Positions 23,051 through 33,300 of a stretch of DNA of 64,000 nucleotides are shown one piece after another. Where the stretch lies: assembly GCA_013265495.1 (NCBI GenBank), contig MU058883.1, forward strand, positions 186,001 through 250,000, in the 5' to 3' direction. This DNA is from Vicugna vicugna. Lineage: Eukaryota. Below the pieces are notes generated by a model. It had not been told where the DNA came from. It saw nothing but the letters and a program-made list of their open reading frames with translations, and searched no databases. Position 1 is the stretch's first letter. Each line of letters begins with the position of its first letter. Both the position numbers and the translations under genes were made by a program.

Positions 23051-26049
23051 CGTGCCTTCCCCAGGATAAAGGAGAGCTGAGAAGGGGCTCACACCAGCAA
23101 TCAGACGTGCCGGGGGCCCCACACGGCCCCTCCTGCCACGTGCACGGAGCTGGGGGTTCACAAATGACCGTGATGACCACCATAAGGTCTGAAGGCAGAA
23201 TGCTGGGAGACAGCTGCGTTCTGGGGACAGAGAAGGGAGTAGCCAGGCAGGCAGGAGAGCAGTGTCATGGAGCCAAGGGGGTGATGCCCAGAATGGGGAT
23301 GGAAGTGGCTGTGAGCATCAGATCTGGGGCCAAGGAAGGCGGGGCCGTGAGGAGGGACGCCGTGTTGGAGAGCTGAGGGTGAGGAAGGGTGTGAGGAAGG
23401 CAGATTGTGCACGGAGAGCCCCACGCTGCACGGAGCCTCTCTGGAGTCCAGGCCGGGGTGTCTGAGCCCCTCAGGCTGTGTCCTGCGCAGCCCAGACTTG
23501 TCCTGGGGGTGCTTCTCTCCCCCGCCGTCCCCCTCTCCTAGGCCAAATGCTTTGGGGGGAACTTCAGATCTAAAGACAAGACTCAACCAAGCACCCACCT
23601 AGGAGGGCACTGACCATGGGCAAGAGATCACCACACTCCCCAGCCCAAACTGGCCCCTGAGGAACAGAGCTGGCAGAGCGATCAAGAGGACTTCACAACC
23701 ATAGGATTAACATCACAGCCCCATAATGGGGTGGGGGTGGGGGGGCGTGAAATAAACCGCCAGACAGGAATAGGCACTGAGACAGCCGGGAGTTAGGAAA
23801 AAGAACTGGAGGCCTTGGAAATTTTTTTAAGGGACAATTATTAAAAACGAAAGCTGAGAAGCATGGTCACAAGGAAGACGGGGCTCGTGAGCTGGAACAT
23901 TAGAGGCGCTCCTGGGGTCGGCAGAGGGACGCACGAAGGCAGAGCAGAGGGGGGAGGCCACGCCGCAGAGCTCCCTGCGCCCGGGGTCGCGGAGACAGCG
24001 CCAGGCAAAGACACACCAACTGATCCTCGCTGTCAGCGCGGCTGGGACCCCGGCCTCCTTTCCTTAGCCACTGCCTCCCGCTCCACCCCCCAGCATCAGA
24101 CCTCCGCAGCCAGGCGGAGCCACCCGGGGGCCGCCCGCCCTGGGCGCCCTACCTAAGCCGCACACCCAGCCAGGGGTGTTCCCTAACGCAGACCGGCCTT
24201 TCACTGACAGGAGTCCGACGTCAGCTCTTAACCTTTCTTTGTTTTCCCACTTTCTCTCTGAATAACCACTGGCCAGGCCTTGGGAGGATGAAGCCCGGAG
24301 CAGGGCGATGACCCCTGGTCCCGGCCCAGCGTCTGAGTGGGGCTGACGGCCACGGGCAGGGCATGAAGATCGCCGCCGCCCACCCAGCCAGGCCTGGACA
24401 AACCTCCCTTGTTCAAAACCGAATGAGCAAGCAGAGGAAGAGGTTCCGCAATCTGAAGTGAATGTGACCCCACAGGGCAGAGAATACCCCGCGTCACCCG
24501 GAGACTGAAGTTGGGGGTGCAGCGGCCTGCGTCGTGCTTGCAACAGTCTAACGCCCGACGACTGAGGAGCAGCGGGCAGGGGCAGAGCTCCTGTGAGGAA
24601 CATGCGTTGTTTTGTATAATGAGGCTTAAAAAAAAACTTCATCTGAAAGATCAGCTTTCCAAAGAGCCCAGTCCCCTGCGAGCACGCGGTGAACTCGGTC
24701 TGCATGGTTTCAGAGCGCTGGCTCCGTCCCACCTGCAGCCCAGGGTCCCGGGCTGCCACCTCCTCCCTTTGAAGCCCAAGTTCTTTGCTGTGAAACAGGG
24801 CAGCGGCAGCACCCACCTCTGGGCTCTGTGAGGGTCATACAAGCTCTGCGTCTCCTCACTTTCAAACGAGTTTGACCCTTTGAGCCCTTAGGGGTGGGAC
24901 CCGCCTCTCTTCTGTTGGAGAGCTGACCTTGGGTTGCAGGAAGGACAGAGATGGCTTTGTTCCAGCCCTGCCTGGCAAGTTACCTTCAGCTGGAGCCTCG
25001 AGGCAGGGGCAGGAAAGAGACCCAAGCTTCCAAAACCCACTCCCACTCCGTCCCGCTGTAACCACCCCACGGAGGAGCAGTCCACATTGGTGGCCCTCAA
25101 TGGCTGTCCCCTGGGCCCAGGCCCACCACAGTCTTGTCTCATCCTCAGACCGCCCTGGGCCCTCTGCAGCATGGGAGCTGTAGTTGGAGACGGGGGCCCA
25201 GGGAGCCCCCTGGTTACACCTGTCCAGCAGGGCCAGGTTTCCAGCAGTTCTTGACCAGGTGACTTCAGGGTGCTCCTGGCTCTGGGCCCAGGCTCCTGCT
25301 CTCCACGCCTCCTGGCCCCACTGGGGTGGGTACCTGGGCTCCCACCATCTCTCGACGCTCCCAGGGCAGTTAGCCCTGGGGTGTGCGTGACGGAGGCTGG
25401 GTCCGCAGGCCCAGGGCCTTGCCGAGTTGGGGACCTCCCACCTGTCCTGTCCTCTCATGAGGAGAATCCCAACTGAAGGCCTTACTCAGAGGAACAGGCA
25501 CCCGACTGCCTGCAGGCCCAGGACACTGGCCCCGGGGGCGGGGCATAGGGCCTGCACTGTTTTGTGGGCCTGAAACTGCCTTGGATTCAGACCTGTCAGT
25601 ATAACTGAGAGCATGTCTAACCCAGGTCCTCCGCTCAAGGCGTTCTTCCCAAATCGGGTCCTTCTCCTCCAGTCCCTGAGGACCCAAGTCCAGGCCTTCC
25701 AACTCCACGGGCCTCCCGCTGTCTCGCCTGGCTCCCTGGCCTGCGGCACCTGCCGTCTCTGACTCACGTGAGGAGTTATCAAGTGCCTTCAAAGGCACTC
25801 AGTGTTTTCCTCCACTCCTGGCCCAAATCTGGGCCTCTGGGCCAACTCACTCAGCCCCAGCTGAAGGACCTACTTCTGAGCCCGCTGCACTGCGAGTGAT
25901 GTTGTAAAGTGCAAACGTGCTGCCTGCCCCCTCCTAAAACCTCGCCGCTTTCCCACCGCTGGACCACACGGGAGCCCTGCACCGGCCCGCCCTGGAGGGT
26001 CTTAACACAAGTCTACGAACCCTGATTCGCCTCCCTTCACAGGGGCGGA

Positions 26050-26585
26050 ATGCCCCGCCCCTGCACATGGGCTGGACTTCGTCACTCACTTGCCTAAACG
26101 GAAGGTTACAGAAACCAGGGAGCTGAGGTGGGTGTAGACACACTGCAGCTTCCATCTTCCTCTTCGCTTGCATTACCCGCTCTGGGAGGAACCAGCTGCC
26201 ATGCTGGGAGGACACTCGAGCAGCTCCATGGAGGTCCACGGGACGAGGAGCGGAGCCTCCTTGAGCTTGACCCTCCAGCCCCAGCCGGCCTCCAGATGAC
26301 TTCAGTCCAGATGACATCTGGACTGCAATTTTCAAGAGACCCTGAGCCAGAACCACCAGAGTCGCTGCCACATTCTTATTTATTTTATTTATTTATTTAT
26401 TTATTTAAATGGGGTACTGCAGACTGAACCCAGGACCTCGTGTATGCTAAGCATGTGCTCTACCGCTGAGCTATACGCTCCCCCGCTGCCACATTCTTGA
26501 CCCACAGAAACTCTGACATAATAAGTGCCTGCTGCATTAAGTCACTAACTTTGGGGGCAATCTGTAACACAATAATAGACAATCA
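26050..26585 (+). mobile_element. MaLR solo LTR (MLT1F/G-like) interrupted by a SINE
   Basis: CCAGCTGCCATGCTGGGAGGACACTC...CCTCCAGATGAC...CTGAGCCAGAACCACC...GACCCACAGAAACTCTGACATAATAAGTG...AAGTCACTAACTTTGGGGGCAATCTGTAACAC. Confidence 0.65.
26378..26484 (-). mobile_element. Short tRNA-derived SINE (camelid, vic-1-like) with 15-bp target-site duplication
   Basis: The minus strand reads GGGGAGCGTATAGCTCAGCGGTAGAGCACATGCTTAGCATACACGAGGTCCTGGGTTCAGT... with a (TAAA)n tail. CGCTGCCACATTCTT is duplicated at 26363-26377 and 26484-26498. Confidence 0.85.
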
Positions 26586-28482
26586 GCGCAAGGTCTCCAC
26601 TCAGTGCTTGTGCAGCTGAAACAAAAGATCCAGCTCAAAATTACTCAAAAGGTAAAACTGCACCTGCAGTCTCCTGGGACCAGAAGTGACCCTAGGACGG
26701 GCCAGCCCAGGGACTCAGGGACATCACCAGAGATCCAGTTTATTTCTCTTTCTGCTCTGGCTTCTAGGCACGCTGGCTTTTGTCCTGCGGCTTGTCCCCC
26801 TGTGGTCACAAGCCGGCTGCAGCTGTTTCTGGTGCCACATCCTCACACGCCATTATCCAAAGTCTGCCTGCGGAAGAACACTCCATCCTTGGGCCTTCTG
26901 TGGACTGGAGAACTTGCCCAGCAGTCCCCAGAAGACTGCTCCTTGCACCCCACTGCCCGGAGCTGGGGCACACGCCCCTTTCTAAAACTTCTGGCTCTGG
27001 AGCTGGGGAGAGGTCCAGAAGCCCCAGCTGCCAGCAGATGTGCAGAATCAGAGCCAGGGTTCCTGGTGAGGCAGGAGCAGCTGTGCAGTGGGGCCCCATG
27101 GAACGTGGCTATCAGCCAAGCCAGGGCTGTGCCCTCTGGCCAGCACACCTCCCCTTCTTCCCCACAAACTACTGCTGCCTGTCCCTTCACTTGGGGCATC
27201 CCAGCTCCCCCCGCCCCGACTCCCCGAACTCTGGCTGATTTGCGGGCAGAACACTAATTTCTAATCTATCCTCGTAAGAATGCAGAACCCAGTTATTGCC
27301 CAATGAACAAACTGGGGAGAGATGTGGGGGTTCAGGAGAGAGAGAGAGACCCCTCCTGTCTGGGAAGTTAGGGAACATTTCTTAAAGACCACAGCAGTCA
27401 CCTAGGCAGAGCACGTGTGAGCAAAGCCATAGAGAGCAGACTCCAGAGGTGACAACCTGGGGGCTTGGGGCACTGTGAATTCCACCCATGGGCTTGGGAA
27501 AGGAAGAGGTCAGATGCATGTGGTACACAGTCCAGCTGGCAGTGTGGTCAGTGGGGAGACTGATCCTGCCTGAGGGCTGGGGGGACATTCAACCTCATCC
27601 TCCTGCAACCTTCAAACAGCACTGTGTGCCTGCCTTACAGTGAGGGCTGTGAGGCCAGACTTTAACCGCCCATCCCAGGGTCCGCAGTTGTGGAAGCTGT
27701 GGTCGTGAACTAGCTGCTTCCAGAGTACTTCCTCGTCTCAACACCCCAGGCTGCTTCCAACTCCTCCTGACACCCACGCACCAGAGGCCCCACTCTGCAC
27801 AGGGCTCAGGGGTGGGCCCCAGAGGGAGAGGGGAATGCACTGCTCATTGGCCAGGGGAGCTTCTCTGTACCCAGGGTGGGGGGTGGGACCACAGGGCAAG
27901 TGAGGGTAAGGTGGCCCGGGAGGAGCTGTCCCAGGCAGGCCACAGGAGAGCTGCCTTAGTGCTATCTCAGTGCTGGTCACAGACCCATTCCTGCAGATTT
28001 GGGCTGCCGCCTACCCAGCACCCACTGTCTCCTGGCCCCTTCTCTGGGCATGGGCCCAGCCCTGGACACTGATATGTCCATAGGAAGCTGCCTGCTCTCC
28101 AGAGCTTGCAAGCCTGGGCAAGCAGCCCGGCATAAGTCCCCACTCTAAGTCCAGATCTTGGGCTGGCCCCAGCTCTGCTGCTCACCACCCCTATGGGTTA
28201 CCTGGGGCAGACCAGTTGCCCAACACCCCAGGACAGGGAAGGAATTTCTCTTACTCCTTCAGGACTTCCACATGAAGCAGAGACCAGGCCCTGTCTGATT
28301 CTTTTCAGCTACACTGCAGTCTCCAGCCTGCCAAGGAATCAAAACCATCTTCTGGGAGAGTTAGCGCCATGTGGGTGCTGAATGGTCCTGAACTAAGCAC
28401 CCCAAACAGCGATGGCAGAAGATGCAGCCAGTCCCTCTTCTAGAACCTCAGGAGAGATGAGTACCCTAGGCCCTCAAACCAG

Positions 28483-28514
28483 GGGGCCGGGGCCGGGGCC
28501 GGGGCCGGGTGGGG
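28483..28514 (+). repeat. (GGGGCC)4 plus GGGTGGGG; predicted G-quadruplex
   Basis: Directly visible. Confidence 0.85.
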
Positions 28515-29049
28515 TCAAGACAGCGCAACCTCATGTCAGCACCAGCACCTGCTCCCCCTGCAGGCCCTGCCCAGCCTTTCAGAGGAAGAGACTGCAGCTG
28601 TTACAGCAACGCTGGACTCCAGAGCAAGGTCAGGGCACAGTCTCTTAAATCAGGGTGTTTCTCATCAGCAGTAGGACGTTTTGGATTTGACTGCAGAAGG
28701 GCTTTGATCTGGTGGCCCTTCATAACTGGAAGGCCAGCTAAAAGCGGCTGGCGGATGCAAAATCGGTGACGCTCTAGTAGGTGGCAGAGAGCTTCCTAGA
28801 AGGGTTGAGGACCCTTCTCCACCGTGCGACCCTTTGTGGAGGCTCCGGCCACAGTGAGGCAGGCTTGGAAGGGCAGTCGGTGAAAAAGGCTCTGACTGGC
28901 TGCCGTCCGTCCTTCCTTCCGGGGAACGGGGGTGGGGACGGGCAGGTTCCCCACCTGCAGCAAAGGTGAATCCTGGGGCAGATCCCGAATCACTGTCCTC
29001 ACCAATCCGCAGCACTGAGCGGCCATGAACTACAACCGCAAGTCCAGCG

Positions 29050-30350
29050 TGTCACTGTCTGGCCCACCAGGACCAGAGGCCCGGCCATCCGGGGACCAGG
29101 GGGGCGCTCCAGCCTCATCGCCTGCCCCGCTCAGGATCCAGCGTCTGGTCCCAGACGGCCTGGGAAGGCCGTCCCCGGGGCGCTAACATTCCCCAGGACC
29201 CCAGCACACAACCCCACCAGTAGCAGACGCCACAGCGGCCCGGGCGGCTCGGAGCCCGCCGTGCCAAGCGCCGGCCACCGGCGGCCCGGACAGCAGGCGG
29301 CCGGACAGCCGCCCCGCGCCGGAAGAAGCCCGTTCTGGGAGGCGGCGCTGCACGCGGGGACCCGTAGTTCGCGGCCCGACCTCGGCCCAGGCGGCCTCTC
29401 CGGTCCCTTCAGCCCCAGTGCAGGCGGCGCCGACGCCCCGACGCCCCGACGCGAGCCGCACGGGCCCGAGGAGAAGACGCCCTCCAGCCTCCCAGGTGTG
29501 AATCTCGGCTGGGACAGTTCGGAGCCCCCGGCTCCGCAAGAAGTGCAGCCGGGGCGACGGCGCGGCCTCGCGAGAGCCCAGCCGGGAACCACACCCCCTG
29601 GGCTGGGACTCCGGCTTGGACTCGCTTCCCAACGCTTGAATGCGATTGGGCCGCTCCGTCATGTGACCAGGAGCCCCGCGCCTGATTGGCTGCCGCCTAG
29701 GACGGCGGTTACCGGGGCGACGGAGCGGGCGGACACCCCGGCTGGTGGGATCGTGGGTCCCGCGGGGCAGGTGGGACCGCGGCCGGCTCGCTCTCCCTTC
29801 GGGGCCGCGCGCCCCCTCGGCTGCGCTCGGCGCCGGGGCGCGGCCCGCAGATGGGAGCCCGGGGCGCCCAAGATGCGGGAGCCGGCCAGGGAGCTCTTCC
29901 GGGACGCCGCGTTCCCGGCCTCGGACTCCTCGCTCTTCTCCAGCTTCTCCACGCCGCTGGCCCAGTTCCGGGAGGAAATCACGTGGAGGCGGCCCCAGGT
30001 GGGGCGAGGGGCGCGCGGGTCTCGCGCCGGGCCTGTCGGGGCTGCCTCTTGCCGGGGTGCGAGCGCGGAGGCCGGGCGGGAGCGGTGGCTGGGGTCGGCC
30101 GGGCTGGGCACACAGCGGTCGGCAGGGTCTGCTGCTGCCGCGGCCGCGGCCGCCGCCGCCGCCCTCAGGACTGCGTCCCGGCTCCCTCTCCAGCGCGCTC
30201 GGGGTGTGCTGGACCCGAGCTCACGGCCCCACCTGCCAGCGCTCTATTCAGTAAGCGGTTCGAAGTGTTTTCTCAGGCGCAGGTTGAGCCCCGCCTGCCT
30301 CCGCTCTGATGGGCTCCTGGTCTGCGTGGCTCTTCTGCCACAAGCGGTCT
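29050..30350. promoter_or_regulatory. CpG island, CAPN10 promoter (reverse CCAAT - E-box - reverse CCAAT)
   Basis: ATTGG at 29645 and 29685 flank GTCATGTGAC at 29658-29667; CpG-dense on both sides. Confidence 0.75.
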
Positions 30351-33300
30351 TGTTCTGCTGCTTGAGTGCGCTACTCTCCTGCTCTTCCGGAGGGGCCAGA
30401 CCGAGCCTACAAAGCAAAGCCGTTTTGCTCCCAAATTCCTGTTTTGGACTTTGTGCACTTGCTCTTTCAGATGTGAACGTTTTAAGGTGGCAGTTTAGAG
30501 GGATGCTCCTGGCTAGTGCTATGTTGATAATCTTTAGAAGTGGTGTATTGGCTGAGTAAGACTGCCCAAGGGGCAGCCCTGCACTCTGAGTGTATATACA
30601 GCCTTAGCGGAGACATCTACGTGGCACCAGCTCTGGAACAAAGCCAGACTCGTTTGGCTCTGGCAACAGTTACTTTCCTTGGGCAACACTGTTTGTCATG
30701 GAGGTGGCCAGGGCCAAAGAACCTGATCGGCCATGCCAGTGGAATTTGGGTTAAAAAAAGGGTGTTAGGTGCATTAGGAGGCCATTAGACTGTTTTTAGT
30801 GGAAGAGTGGTTCAACTAGATTTGTGTTTTTAACTTTTTTGGTGGAGCTACTGGAGGCGGAACGCAGGACTTAGTGCGTGCTCAGCATGCGCTCCACCGC
30901 TGAGCTCTACCCTCCCCGCTGGATTTGTTTTAGGAAGCGCCCTCTCACTGCCAGGTGAAATGGATTGTTGGGAAAGAATACAGATGGCTATTGCAGTGAT
31001 CTTGGCAAAAGACGAAGGGGCTTAGATTAGCGTGACGGCCATTAGGATGGTGCTTTGGAGCAGGTGGATTTGAGAAGTACTTTGAAGAGAGGGTTGATTG
31101 GTCTCGGTGACCGACTGGAAGCAGAAGGTGAGGATGAAGGAGAGATCAGGGACGACTTCCGGGTTCCCAGCCTGGGCCCCCGCGTGAACAGTGGTCCTGT
31201 GTGACATGCTGGGGAGAACTGGGGGTGGAGGAAGGGTAGGGTGGAAATCTAGGCCTGGGTTTTGGTCTCGCATGTTCAAGCAGAGCTGACAGTAGGCAAG
31301 TGGATGTGAGAGTTGGGAGCTCAGGAAGATCTGGGCCAGATGCTGGGCATTGGCTCAGTAACAGATGGCTAACTGTCCAGGGTCTGGAAGAGTATTTGAG
31401 GAGAAAGCATGGACAGAGAAGAGAGGGCTTGGAAATGAGCCTTGGGGGACCCCAGGTACCTTAACAGGTAGACTTGAGTAGCAGCAGGCAGTTAGGTGGA
31501 AGGAGCCAAAAGTGCATGGAATCATGGAAGCCAGGAGGGGACCGCTGGGGGAGGGGCAGCCACTGCTCCAGTGCTGCAAGCGTTGGGAAAGATGAGGACA
31601 CAGAGACGACATTGAAAAGAAGCAGCTTGAGGGGCATGACTGGCTCAGCGGGCTGGCCTTGCAAGTGACCAAGTGACCGGAAGGGAGGAAGCAGGGATAG
31701 CAGCTGCTTTGAGAAGTTTGTCAGTGAAGGGCCAAGAGGGGAACCGTGCCCACGGATGGTCTCAGAGAAGACAAGACATTCTCTCTTGTGCTCTATGCAG
31801 GTGGGATTCTGTGTAGAGGTGGGAGAAGAAGGGAGTTGTGGGAAGAATTCAGGCACATAGGGCAGGAGAGGGGGTCAGGTCAGGTAGCTCCTGAGGAAGC
31901 ATCGGGTCATGAGGTCACCTGCTTCAAGGGACGTGGGTGTTTTGAGAAAAGGAGGAAGGAGAAGGTGTACACTAGCCTGGCATGTGAATATTGAGCCTTT
32001 GAGAGAATTAGTTCAGGGAGCCCACCTGAGACTTGCCGTCATGAACAAGGTGTCTGGAGGGGAGGGGAAGATTCATCCAGAGTCGGGGGGTTAGCCAATT
32101 GAGGAATGTGGACGCAGACAGGGACCCCAGAATCTAAGCTGGACACGGGGCTCTGAAGCAGGAGGGGCAGATGGATAATTCCTGCAAGAAGCCAGCTGTT
32201 TTGCCGCCTCCCCCCATCCACTTGGACAATGTGGATGACCAGAAAAGCTCCTCCTCAGCTGCCATCACATAGATCCTGTGTTCTTTGTTTTAAAGACTAG
32301 CCATCAGGCATGGTGTAATTCTGGACACCTTTTTTTCTTTCAGGAAATCTGTGCCACACCCCGGCTGTTTGCAGATAACCCGCAGGAAGGACAGGTGAAG
32401 CAAGGGCTGCTGGGGGACTGCTGGTTCCTGTGCGCCTGCGCCGCCCTGCAGAAAAGCCAGCACCTCCTGGACCAGGTGCCTGCAGCCTCGTGGGTTCCTC
32501 CCTGCTCTTTCTCCCTGTCTGCATGCGCAGGAGGGAAGTGGGGACAGCTAACCTCTTGCTCTGCGGGGCTCTGCCGCGACTGCCCAGTGTGGTTAGTGGA
32601 CAGTGAGAGCCGGGCTGTCAGACCGTGGGCGCTCCGGGCTCAGATGCAGAGACAACCCCCTCCTGCAGGCGTCCAGCCAGGGTGCTTTCTGCCCTGCTCG
32701 GCCCTGCGTTCCCATGTAGTCAGCCGTGCAACTGGAATAAAGACAAGCGTGCCAGCCCAGGGAGGGGAAGGGGCAGCTGAGGGATCCTGTGCTCCTGGTG
32801 GGGAGTAAGTCTCTGGCTTGTCGGGGTTTTTACAGGGTCTGTATCGGTTGGCAGACGGTGATGAGAACAGTTCCTGATGCTAGGCAGTAGGGCAGGTAGA
32901 GACAGCCTCTCGGACACCCTCCTCGGGGTCGTCACGCTTGGCTGGTGCTGAGAGTCACTGATGAGCTCAGCTTCGTTGACACTGGTGACCGGGTCCCGTG
33001 CTAATAAGCACACTGTGGTGCTGGCTGTCATTCTTGCACGCCTTGCCGGCCTTGGCCCTTTCTCACAAATTAGGGCGCTGAAACCACTGTCATCGTCTTG
33101 CTAAGGGGCAGAGCCAGGACCAAACGAGGCTGCCTGGGCGCAGAGCCCTCCTGCCTCTCCACACGGGGCCGGGATCGCAGACCCAGCAGTGAACGGCGGT
33201 GGGCCGGGCGCTGGCAGAGTTCCTGAGGCCCGGGCTCCAGCAGGGAAGGGGGTGGGTGCTGTGCCCCTGGGGACCTGCCACCTCAGCCACTCAGTCAAGA

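Noticed and set aside
26400-26484. tRNA-Ala-like gene on the minus strand (also 30840-30918)
   Set aside because: It has an A-rich tail, a target-site duplication and a degenerate 3' stem; it is a SINE, not a tRNA gene.
29090-29110. CTCF-like ACCAGGGGGGCGC
   Set aside because: One G too many for the core spacing; cannot be supported without a PWM scan or ChIP.
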